From assembly GCA_030141605.1 (NCBI GenBank), contig JAQGDQ010001681.1, positions 1 through 29,812 of the forward strand: a stretch of 29,812 nucleotides of DNA, in the 5' to 3' direction. This DNA is from Tubiluchus corallicola (Eukaryota; Animalia; Priapulida). Below the pieces are notes generated by a model, which was not told where the DNA came from, ran no database searches, and was given only the letters and a program-made list of their open reading frames with translations. The translations under genes and the position numbers were made by a program. Below are positions 12,298-22,770 of the stretch, piece by piece (within the stretch, counting starts at the first letter, position 1; the number at the start of each line of letters is the position of its first letter).

Positions 12298-12525
12298 CAA
12301 CCCACAATGTCTGTGCCATTAACACCTCTGCAGTAACTAATACATTTCATGTACACAACATAAAGGGGTGCGCCAAACTTTAACAAAACTTTGTTTGTTT
12401 GCCTACGCAAAAAACGTAATCAGCTTGAATATTAAATTTGCCTCCACGCGTAGAAGTCATTTGTATAGTCAAAATCGCTTAGAGTACATAGTTATTTCTG
12501 TACCTGTTGTCAAGATACAGTAACA

Positions 12526-12880
12526 AGGTGTAAAGAGTAGCGAGATTTCTCTTTAAGTAATTTGCAAAGTAACTCGCAAGCTTGTTCAGACTAGAGAGCA
12601 AACCTTGCTGCGGTTTACTCTCTGACAGTAAGCGCGAGCTGACACTCACTTCTCTATGCGCGAGAAGTGTCGAAAGTAATTCGCCGAAGCGTTCATACTA
12701 GACAGTAACTCGCCAAAGCGTTCATACTAGACAGTAACTCGCAGAAAATCAACTCATAGCAAGTGTCCGACAGTTTGCAATAACTTGTCAACAGTAACTC
12801 GTAAAACAGTTCACACTTGCGAGTACGCTGTCAGAGAGAACATTTCATGACAGAAAACTCGCTAGTCTGAACGCGCCGTT
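12526..12880. mobile_element. PIF/Harbinger-like MITE
   Basis: Right TIR AGAAAACTCGCTAGTCTGAACGCGCC followed by GTTA, and a degenerate left TIR (GAGTAGCGAGATTTCT). Internal GTAACTCG and GTTCA(G/T)ACTAG subrepeats; related end at 7494. Confidence 0.6.
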
Positions 12881-13212
12881 AGATTATATATCGACTATCG
12901 TGGCCCTCGAACGCAGTACCATAGAAGTGTTTCCTGCATGAAAGAGATTGCTCTGTTTTAAGAAGCACTTATGTTTTTTGCACTAACCAGTGCTAGATGA
13001 GAGAAAAAAGTATGGTTAAAGTATGGTACTTCATTACTTAATCGTTCAGCTTCCAGCTGGCGTCTTTCCATCTTCATCAGTTTTGAAGAAAATGAACTTG
13101 TCTCATTTCAAACGATGCTTAGTGCAAAGCTGAAGTGGTCGTGACGGAAAGTGAGGGGCTTCCTTCTAGTTTTCAATGATTTTTGAAATAGAAGTGAGGA
13201 TAGTGGGCGGAG

Positions 13213-13332
13213 AGAGGAGAGAGAGAGAGAGAGAGAAATCGAGAGAGAGAAAGAAGGAGGGAGAGAGACAGGTGGGAGAGAGAGAGAGAGAGAAATCGAG
13301 AGAGAGAAAGAAGGAGGGAGAGAGACAGGTGG

Positions 13333-13374
<42 letters not shown>

Positions 13375-13462
13375 GAGAGAGAGAAAGAAGGAGGGAGAGA
13401 GACAGGTGGGAGAGAGAGAGAGAGAAATCGAGAGAGAGAAAGAAGGAGGGAGAGAGACAGGT

Positions 13463-13535
<73 letters not shown>
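13213..13535. repeat. (GA)n-based tract with a higher-order unit
   Basis: AAATCGAGAGAGAGAAAGAAGGAGGGAGAGAGACAGGTGGG occurs four times, separated by variable (GA)n. Confidence 0.95.
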
Positions 13536-13542
<7 letters not shown>

Positions 13543-13929
13543 TATTATTATAAGTCTAATTATTAAACAATAAATACGTTGTTTCCCTCTATTTGAAGAG
13601 GTTCGTTTACAAAATATAGCTATTTACGATTACAATATTATACATAATGCCAATCTTGTACATACATACTCTACTAGTAGTGTTTCAGTTTTTTAACTTT
13701 TACATAACTTTTACATATATACATCAAAACCACAATTTTAACTTTCACAACGTCTATTAAGAATAAATTTAAAATATGTACATATTTTGCGCTATGATTT
13801 ATATAACGATTAACTCAGTACATGTACATGTTTTTCTGTAAATATAATTTGAATTAATTTATAACAATTTTTTCAGCACAACATCTCTAACAATATTTAC
13901 ATATGCCTGGCATGCATCTTTATCTCTTT

Positions 13930-14590
13930 TTAGATAAAATACCACTAGGGCTACATCTTGATGCTAAAATGATATCTATGATGCTCTTTCCGGTTATCGA
14001 TCGAAAAGTTTCTATGTTGGGCGCAATAACGGATTATTATTTGCAAGTAAATCGTTTATAAGACTTCCATGAGTGTTCAAGTTGTGGTCCTATGCATAAC
14101 TACGCGCGTTTAAGTCACCAACTGATTAAAAAATTGGTTATACCATGAGTCTCCGCAAATTTATAAGCATTTTTAATATTTTGCACATATATTTCCACTA
14201 GTTGAGAAGTGTTAGGATTTATATATATACAGGGTTTATCAAATATTTCCTGCCATAAATGTATGCGATAACCCAGACAGTATCTAACTCAGGAGGTTCT
14301 AGTTCAGGCACTCTGCAGCTGGAGAAGCCAGTTCTAATCATTAGACCACTCCCACCTGAATATCCTTTGGATGGCTTTGCGTAACTGATGTAGTTGGATA
14401 AAGATACTTGCGCTATATCTTTTTCAAGCACTTTGATCTCCTGTAAGTCCACAATATCACATTGATGATCATTGACAAAGGTATCAACTGCTAATTTCGA
14501 GTGATTAGAAAATTTGTTTATGTTTATTTGACACACCTTCAAAGTGTTGTTTGTACCAGCAAACATGGCATGTGTCGTCTGCTTCCCCAT
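13930..14590 (-). pseudogene. LINE ORF2 apurinic-like endonuclease (EEP/APE) domain, disrupted
   Basis: Motifs LKVCQININ, DIVDLQEI, GGSGLMI, then after stops and frameshifts VGDLNAR (~14123-14103) and ETFRSITGKSIIDII. Confidence 0.88.
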
Positions 14591-16212
14591 TTATGCGAGC
14601 TTGCTCCTGTTTGTAGATAGGGTAATCCCTTGACCAAGATCTGTGACCACCTTTGCAGTTTTTACACTTTTCTTCATCATTTTTGCAATCCTCCGTCTTA
14701 TGATTTTCTGCACAGTTTCCACAGACCATTTTGCGAGCGCAACATTTTGCGACATGACCATAACTGTAACATTTTTACAGCGGCGGATTATGATTTTATG
14801 GGCCTTAGGCTTGAGCTTGGAACGGGCCTTTTAAATGTTGCTACACTGCTGAGCTGACGTGTTTTTGTGGAGCTCTCGTCGAAACTATAACTGACTTTGC
14901 CCCCAGAAAAATTCGGAAACTGAAATTTTGAACTTAAACTTAAACTGTGTAAACGTGAATTGTGTAAACTTAAATTGTGTAAACTTGAATTGTGTAAACC
15001 CGATTTGAAATATAGTGACTGACTTTTGAAAAAAAAACTTTTTTCTATATTTTATTTTGGCGGGCCCCTTGCTCTTTTGTCAATTTATTTTTTTTACAAA
15101 AAAAAAATTTCGTTTTATTTTGCCGGGCCCCTTTTGATCCCGGGCCTTAGGCTTCAGCCTATTCAGCCTATAGGGCTATCCGCTACAGTGTAACAATTGT
15201 AGCAAATCAATGGCCTATTTTTGAACACAAATTTCTCCACACCACAATACATTTTTCCAACTGGAATACCTTCTCGCATTGCCAAATCAAGGTCTTTCTC
15301 TGTTGCAAATGTCACTTTAACCAGTGGTAGGGGTGATTTGTCTTTTCGTTTAAATATTTCAATTTTGGCATCCCAAAATGCACTAGAAATGTCGGCTTTT
15401 ATCACACCATCTGTTAAGGACGTATCGCAGTCTTTGAGAAGACCGATTGCGTTTTGTTTTGGTTTCCTTGCTGCAGTTTCGGTACCAAGGAAATTTTCTC
15501 TCCAACCCTCCATGATGTCATCAGCTTCTTCCTCACTTCTAAGCTGTATTTGAATTTTCCTCTAGCTGTCATAAGCTGTATCAAACCTGAATCTGGGAAA
15601 TTTCTCACTAAGGTGTTTTTTAATCGACATGCTATTCTTAACTATTTCTTTGCTTTTTACGTTCTCGATAATTACCGTACACTCAGGCTTGTACCGCACA
15701 TTTGAAGCAATGCTGTCAGTCTTGCGGGCGGATCTATAAGAGGGCGTCGTCATACCACCGTCACTTTTGCCGCTAATTAATTTGAGCTGTTGCTTGCCTA
15801 GGCTGTCTTTCACTACTGAGCTGTATGAGACACCAGGCTTACTATTGGTTAGCTTCTTTACATTGTCATTTAATGCCTCTAATTCTCTGTCCACACTGGT
15901 CAATTTTTCTAGTATTAATTTTTTAGCTGACCACTCATCGTTTTCCAAAATCCAATTCGACATACACTGCAATTTTCGCTGGCTTTCTTCTTGCTCAACC
16001 AATTCCAATACTCGAGCCTTTAAAGTTTCAGTGCTATTGCTCTGACCATTTGCGTTTGTTTTTGTAAGAGAAATTGAATTAACCCTTTCTCTGTACGTTT
16101 CAGGCTGATTTATCAAGACACCGCTCACAGATTACTATTGATACCGTTTTCTTGTTGACAGGCTTTTTTGCATTCCTACACAGAACACAGCTTTTCCCTC
16201 GCTATCAGCCAT
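14505..16212 (-). pseudogene. LINE ORF1 gag-like nucleic-acid-binding protein, disrupted
   Basis: ORFs 15562-16128 and 15163-15513 are in the same frame across one TAG. Removing the MITE restores CYNCYSYGHVAKCC-ARKMV-CGNCAENHKTEDC-KNDEEK-CKNCKGGHRSWSRDY (three CCHC knuckles, last C to Y). A coiled-coil-like segment lies upstream, and the probable start is MADSEGK at 16212. Confidence 0.88.
14772..15188. mobile_element. MITE (hAT-like, CAG...termini) inserted into LINE ORF1
   Basis: CAGCGGCGGAT at 14778 and ATCCGCTACAG ending at 15188, flanked by the direct repeat TGTAACA (14765-14771 and 15189-15195). GGGCCTTAGGCTT occurs near both ends, with internal GGGCCC motifs and AATTGTGTAAAC repeats. 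Confidence 0.85.
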
Positions 16213-16570
16213 TTAGACAATCTGGAGAAACCAATTTGTGTTTATTGCACGACCAGTCTGCGGCCAGATAATCTCATTAACAAAGAATAGGCCAATTTAG
16301 GCCTAATCAAATAGCACAATAGCAATAACTGAATGCGACGTGTGTGTAATTTCGATTCTTGCCAAAACTTTGGATGTATTTAAGATAGTTTTTGTTTATA
16401 TTTTAAAACCGCAGTTTATTGTTCCAAAATGTTATTACCTTCAGTTTCTCTGGTGCATTTATACACACGCTCGTACAAAATATATTAAGTAGCACATGAA
16501 ATTTCCACCAGAAAACACTGAAAATCGACTGGAGATTTCTTAATAGATTTGCACCTAGGTTTGCACATGC

Positions 16571-16573
<3 letters not shown>

Positions 16574-16633
<60 letters not shown>

Positions 16634-16736
16634 GACAGAGAGAAAAACAGGGGGGAGAGAGAGACAGGTGGGAGAGAAAGAGAGAGAGAGAAAAGGGAGA
16701 GACTAATGGAGAGAAAGGGAGAAATAGAAAGAGAAG

Positions 16737-16789
<53 letters not shown>

Positions 16790-16912
16790 GAGAGAGTAAG
16801 GGAGAGAAATGGAGAAAGAGAAAGAGAGAAAGAGAAAGAAAGAGAGAGGGGGGAAGAGAGAAGAGAGGAAAAGAGGAAAGAAAGGAAGAGAAGAACAAAG
16901 AAACAGCAAGAC

Positions 16913-16946
<34 letters not shown>

Positions 16947-16965
16947 CATAAAAGAGAGATAGAAA
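16574..16965. repeat. (GA)n / purine-rich microsatellite
   Basis: Directly visible. Confidence 0.97.
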
Positions 16966-17314
16966 GAATGAAAAAAATCTTAGGAGAAAGTATTTAGTTA
17001 ACAAATGCATATGTAAATTGCAATCTTGTTGATCATAATAATCATTACAATCATCAAGGCATCATTATCATTGCTGTCATCATATTCACTGCATCTCTTC
17101 CCACGGGCATCTTTTCTGCGTAACTGGTATTTACTTTATCGCTCGTTATAATGTGGTTTTGTTGTGAACTTCGAGCGTCGTTACTTGAAAATAAGCGTCG
17201 TCACTGGAATATTATATTTTTTGGACATAATTCATTTTTTAGCTGTAGTTCTTTATACCGTGCAGCTGCCCTGACCTTGTTTGGAGGGATTTTTATGGAA
17301 AACTCACCATTGCC

Positions 17315-17469
17315 AACATCATCATTGTCATCGTCATCGTCGTCGTTATCATAACCATCATCATCATCACCATCATCACCACTACCACCACCGCCACCAG
17401 CAAAACCACCACCACCACCACCACCACCATCATCGCCACAACCACCTTTATCCTCATCACCTTCATCAA

Positions 17470-17519
<50 letters not shown>

Positions 17520-17524
17520 ACAGC

Positions 17525-17555
<31 letters not shown>

Positions 17556-17575
17556 ACAGCTTCATCATCATCATT

Positions 17576-17639
<64 letters not shown>

Positions 17640-17756
17640 GCAGCATCACCACCACCACCATCATCGGCGTCATCGTCATCATCATCGTCGTTGCCGCCGC
17701 CGCCATCGTCATCATTATCATCATCATCATCGTCGTCGTCGTCATTATCATGATTA

Positions 17757-17795
<39 letters not shown>

Positions 17796-17820
17796 TCATC
17801 ATCATCATCATCAACAACAA
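17315..17820. repeat. Compound (CAT/CAC/CGT)n trinucleotide tract
   Basis: Directly visible; reads polyH on plus and polyM or polyD on minus. Confidence 0.95.
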
Positions 17821-17986
17821 CTTTTGCTATTGTGGCGTCACTCCCTCTTTGTTTTCTTACTGTTATTGACGGGATTCTAATATCTTCATCAGTTCATCAT
17901 TAATTTACGGTTGAAATGATGTTGACGTTTTCCGGTTGTAGATTCGAGTTTACATCAATAGCAGGACGACTGTATCGTGAGCAGCC

Positions 17987-18321
17987 ATGTATAACTATTT
18001 AAACATTGATACTTCATCTTACAATGGCAATGAAATGATCTTCAAACAGCCTACTTTAGATTGTTATCGGGGTATATCTATGGTTGGAGCAGTCGTGACC
18101 ATAGATGTGGCTGTTAAATATGCAAAAACGTACGCATTCTTGCCTTTTATACAAATTGTTACACGTACTATAATAATTGACGCTATTTCTTCTGGACCAG
18201 TATTTTCACCTGGACATGGAGGCATTCACCTGTCGTTTGGGGTGCATGCTCCTCTTTTCAACCCTTCCAGAAAGAATTTCTCCGCCCGACCGCTCTCTCG
18301 CCTCAATGCAATTACTCACAG
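17987..18321 (+). CDS. Candidate coding exon of an unknown gene
   Basis: GCAGCCATG start, 111 non-repetitive codons and a CAG|GTGAGA donor in phase 2. No recognisable homology, and a competing minus-strand model exists. Confidence 0.25.
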
Positions 18322-18744
18322 GTGAGATTGGAATGATTGAAACGCAAAAGCAAATATCTAGAGAACAATAATTTTAAACAGTTTTATTGAGTTACGATAA
18401 AATTCCACACTCTATCATTTTCCATCAAAAGATTAGATGTAGTGTTGAACGTTGAATGTAGTGATTTGAAAAGTAACTATGTAGTTTCAGCTCTCTCTTC
18501 ATCGGGGAGGGGGGGGGGGGGTTAAGGCTATGGGTGTTAATTTTGTGTTTATTTACTTTGATGCTAATTCTGTTATATTTTTCTAATTACTGCTTTATTC
18601 TATTGGTAATTTAACGATTTTGCCTGTTTACACGTTAAGTGGTGTGAATCAACTATGTGTTGCAACAATTCGCTTATAATAACTAAACAGCATATAGCGC
18701 AGTGAAGATTTGCTGTGCATATAGATCTGAGACATCTACCTGAT

Positions 18745-18777
18745 CGCTCTCCGCCCTCTCTCTCCTTCTCTATTTCT

Positions 18778-18818
<41 letters not shown>

Positions 18819-18878
18819 TCTTTCTGCGTCTGTCTCTATCTTTCTTCTCTTTTTTGGTCTCTCTCTCTTTCTCGCTCT

Positions 18879-18924
<46 letters not shown>

Positions 18925-19000
18925 TTCTCCCTCTGTGTCTGTTTGTCTTTCTTTCTCTCTGTTTTTGTTTCTCTTTCTTGATCACAGTTTCTCTCTCCAC
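18745..19000. repeat. (CT)n / pyrimidine-rich microsatellite
   Basis: Directly visible. Confidence 0.96.
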
Positions 19001-19112
19001 TACCCTCGATTTTGGTTTTTCTAGTTGTCTCTAAACTTGACAAAAATTATTGTTACAATAATAGCAAGTGAAAGTCTCCTTCCTGAACTGCACCTGCTGT
19101 GAACTTTGTGCG

Positions 19113-19686
19113 ACTGGATTTTTCATACATTACCCCATTTTGAAGTCCGATAAAAAGTATACATTTTAACACAATTATTACTGCAAAAGGCGTTTCTGAT
19201 AATTAAATGATGGATTAAAAACTTAATTAACGGCAAGCGAGCCCAACTATTGATGACATCACAAACTAACATAATATTCAATAGCAAAACTATTCTAGGA
19301 AAACTGAGGTACAGTGCTACTGTAAGGTATCCAGTGTGATGTACTAAAACTAGGCAAGTTTCAAGATAAAAATTCAATTTCAAATTTACCACAGTGCTCG
19401 CGCATGTGCTGTCGAACGTGTGTAGTTCGTCAAAAACTAACGCATCTGAACTGAGAGGTACAGCACCTGTTTTTGTGCAATGAGTTTCTGAAATACAGGT
19501 GCAAGTAGGGAGTGGAGAAATGCATGTAACAGCGAAGAAGTAGTTGCGCGAACACGAAATTGTATTTGTGTGGTAATAATTCCTTTACGTAGTCATTTTT
19601 GAAAAAAATATTATGTTCCCTTTCAGTATTTTAAGGAGTAGATTGTTTAAACTTAAAGTTTACGATTAGGAATGGTTTTGCTTTAG
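19113..19686 (+). mobile_element. Family A copy 2 (5' end eroded)
   Basis: Colinear with 3440-4043, e.g. GAGCCCAACTATTGATGACATCACAAACTAACATA and GAGAGGTACAGCACCTGTTTT; ends GGTTTTGCTTTAG. Confidence 0.85.
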
Positions 19687-20222
19687 GTACCGAAAGCACT
19701 TATTGTGCGTGTTTACTAAAAAACAGCGCCCACGGAGTTAAAAAAGTTTGTCAAAACAAGTTGAAATTCAGAAAAAAACGCAAAAATGACAGCTGAAACA
19801 AATCGTCACAGGGAATTGAATTGACAAATTCGTTCTTCTAAATGAGCACAAATTCCCATTCGTTCCCACTAAGCACTTTCATTCAACTTAAACTTGCTAA
19901 TTACCGCTGGCGTTCGTCAAGGGTGCGTAATGGGGCCCCTGGTGTTTCCTGCAAATTGCAAACAGCCTATAAGAATTTAGCGAAGATTATTCATAAATCT
20001 TTCTGCGCGTTCTTACAGAAAAATTATTACAGTTATTTGTTGACCCTAGCAGCAGATGGTGAATTGTTTGTGTTTACCATAAAATCAATGCAGTACAAAC
20101 TTGAACAATTAGGCACGCGCAAATAATGTCTTTTTCGGTTTTGTCGTCTATGTTCTTACTAGGTTGGAATGCGAAGCATTGGATTACTCGCCTATTGAGT
20201 TTTCCTGTCTATATCTCTCCAG

Positions 20223-20361
20223 ATATGTCACTTGGAACGCCATTTCTCGTTGCCATGTGATCCATTTTTCCATATTTTTGACGTTGCAATATAAAAACTG
20301 GCCAAGAACGTATTACATGAACAATGTGAACGAGAATAAGACTAGCATCACGGCAAAATAG
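20223..20361 (+). CDS. Candidate terminal exon, phase-compatible with 17987-18321
   Basis: Strong acceptor TTTTCCTGTCTATATCTCTCCAG, open frame to TAG at 20361, AATAAA at 20438. Confidence 0.22.
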
Positions 20362-20604
20362 GCCTCGTTATGGAACGTCATTTACCGTTCCCACGATCCG
20401 AGTAATTTCATTGTGATAAAGACAGCATTATGTAAAGAATAAATAAAACACACTACTATATACAGCACATGCAATCACCCCTACAAACTTACTATACGTT
20501 CGCATAGGCACTATATGTATAAAAGGCGTCAGAAATTTATAAGCAGTACTAAAAACAAGGAGTAGGTAAACATTAAAATTTTGTTGCGGACACGGTTAGT
20601 CAGG

Positions 20605-20670
20605 ATTGGCTTTGCGCATGCGCGTCACTTGCTATAAAAGCAGTGAGCACGTAGTTTTCTACGTCTCTGT
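20605..20670 (+). promoter_or_regulatory. Compact Pol II promoter-like cluster
   Basis: Reverse CCAAT (ATTGG 20605-20609), NRF1-type TGCGCATGCGCG (20613-20624), TATAAAAG (20633-20640) and a pyrimidine-rich putative start ~30 bp downstream. Confidence 0.55.
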
Positions 20671-21456
20671 CTTGGTTGTCACGTCTGCCATGTGTGCTGC
20701 TCTTTCCAGTGCCTAGGAGTGGTTGTCATTTTGGTAGGTACGGGATAGTTTGAATCTAATTAATTATCTTTTGTCTTTTTTTCTTGAGCACTCCCTCCTG
20801 CTAGGATGCAGCGCGGTCACACGAAGGTTAACTGCTCGGAGGGCTTCGCAACAATATAATGAAGTCATAATAGCCTGTTTGATGCGTAAAATTTTTATCC
20901 TGCGCATGAAAAATAAGAAAGAAAACTAGATACACACGGCGAAACAGATCTCTTTATAGAATACTTTATAGGTTGCAAGTGGACAACCAAATAAAACTGC
21001 CAACAATACCATACTGTTACATGTGCAGATAGAATTTAATTTGCTTGTAGGCCTCTGTATGACACAACTTTTAGCATAATATGTCATTGGAGATCAAGTT
21101 TTAACCATAATAATGATTACAATAGATGTCATGATTGCCTGCTGATTCACCATTGGCAATAAATGTGTAATTATTTTGATTAGGATTCTGTCAAGTAGGT
21201 GACAGGAGACAAAACCAAATATGCTCAGCAGCTGAAGATCTATCAACGATATTGTTGTTGTCTGATATTGATTCGTGGCGATATTAGTATTACGCCACAC
21301 ACAAACGGCAATAATAGCGTACGATTGTGTCTGAATATTAAATTGTCAGTTTACAGTTATTACTTTTCGAGGATCACCGAGTAAAGAAATCAGACGTGGA
21401 ATTCAGAACCAGAAATAGTCTGAAATTGTAATTAATCGGAATTTCAAATAGGGAGG

Positions 21457-21595
21457 TTAGAGGAAAAACCAATTCTTCCGGGAAGCTGAGCTTATTTTAA
21501 TATTTGAGAAAAATGTTAGAAAGTTTGAGCGATAAAATTGCGTTAAGCGTCTCGCGTAATTAGTAAAATCAATTTAAAGTCGCGATTTCTTCACT
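21457..21595 (+). mobile_element. Family B 5' fragment
   Basis: Homologous to 10787-10925; duplicated at 28537-28675. Confidence 0.7.
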
Positions 21596-22419
21596 GATTG
21601 TAACTCTTGTGGATTTAAACATTGAATTGGAATTTAATTAATATGGTATATCAATTTATCTGCATTTTTATGTTACTTCACAGGAAACTTGCTGCATTAA
21701 TAACCTTGATTTTAGCACGCACTTCAATACTTCTTGTTTAATATCACTGTAAGAAATGTTATACGCACAAATTAGAAAAACTAATTACAGTATCCGTAAA
21801 TGTATTATTGTAGAATTCACTCTGTATAGTGTCTATGTCAAATTGTAGAATGTTAGTACAGATATTTTTGCCTGCAAAACGAGGCTAATAAAGACTTATC
21901 ATCATCATTAACGCTTTGGCGCGCTCATTTTTAACACAATTTTTTAGCTTTATGTTTATGAAGGGTTTTCTTGTGCTTGAAGATTTTCAAATGACAGATC
22001 TATTGCTCAGAGCGAAGCGAAGAAATCATATTCACAAGTCGATTCAACTTTCATTAGTTAATGACGAAAAAGAGGGCAGAGTTCAATGGTGCGGACCGCT
22101 GGTGTTAATTTTACTTTTTTTTCATCTTACATGTGAAAGTTTCTGATTAATTATTAATAAGACCTGATAAATTATTAACGTTACGATTTCATGTTTGGTA
22201 ATATAAGTATACTGCAATTGCGGAAATTGTTTGTAATGTTCTTTATGCAAAGATATTTTTCAGGTGTAGATAACAAAGAAGAATTACTAAACCTTCCCTC
22301 CGAGACATCCTCTGAGTGCTTCGCGGTTTTCTTGTACGTGGTGTTCGGCCAAGTTTAACGAAAAAAAAACCGTCCAAAGCAGTCCCATTTTGGCGCCCTA
22401 AACCCGGGTTTTTAGACAG

Positions 22420-22576
22420 TTTTTTGAAAATTTGTGAGTCAGTTTTTGCGTAACAGGCTTACTGCCATAACAGATAAAAACAACTAAACAAACAGACAAG
22501 CAAGCAAACAAACAAACAAACAGACAAACAAAACAAACAAACAAGCTGAAGCATAACTTCCTTGGCAGAAGTAAAA
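22420..22576 (-). mobile_element. Helentron-associated (HINE/DINE-1-like) end with a (GTTT)n tract
   Basis: Minus strand TTTTACTTCTGCCAAGGAAGTTATG (short hairpin ACTTC/GAAGT) followed by (GTTT/GTCT)n, the usual HINE layout; family assignment is from recall. Duplicated at 29500-29656. Confidence 0.55.
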
Positions 22577-22600
22577 CTAACTAAAATATTTATTTTACTG

Positions 22601-22770
22601 TAACCCTAACTCTAACCCTAAACACATATTTTGCTACGTGTACCGTTTTTCCTGTGCCTTTTTATTTGTGTCATTTTTACCTACTTTGCAGTAATGCCAA
22701 CTTTTCCTGTGCCATTTTTACCATGCCATTTTACCTGTGCCATTTTTACCTGCGTCGTTTTTACCTACAT
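22601..22770. repeat. Telomere-like (TAACCC) x3 followed by a degenerate ~15-bp TGTGCCATTTTTACC array
   Basis: TAACCCTAACTCTAACCCTAA at 22601-22621, with subrepeats at 22640-22770; probably a transposon remnant. Confidence 0.7.

Larger units (their letters stand above)
13540..16475 (-). mobile_element. Decayed non-LTR retrotransposon (I/Jockey-group-like ORF1 plus APE), RT region missing
   Basis: ORF1 and endonuclease remnants as listed below. The 3' end has a small stem-loop (CCTCT-TCAAAT-AGAGG) and a TAATAATAAAAAAA tail abutting the GA tract. The 5' boundary is approximate. Confidence 0.85.
20488..22732 (+). repeat. Direct duplication, copy 1
   Basis: No mismatch seen by eye against 27568-29812 (offset 7,080); the ORF track gives identical ORFs. 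Confidence 0.97.

Noticed and set aside
11596-12410. Cys-rich metallothionein/keratin-associated-like ORFs
   Set aside because: Product of a 28-bp (non-triplet) tandem repeat cycling through frames.
13176-13553. Arg/Glu-rich ORF (likewise 16485-17010 and 18600-19043)
   Set aside because: Translation of (GA)n/(CT)n tracts.
17281-17880. His-rich protein on the plus strand
   Set aside because: TTG start, SSR-derived and no supporting splice signals; only the minus Asp frame has a donor.
19905-19948. WSC-domain-like match (QGPHYAPLTNASDICFC) in the minus-strand exon chain
   Set aside because: Short resemblance only; the conserved Gly/Cys pattern is incomplete and depends on an unverified splice.
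22601-22621. True telomere or chromosome fusion site
   Set aside because: Only three imperfect units, embedded in a transposon-like repeat.
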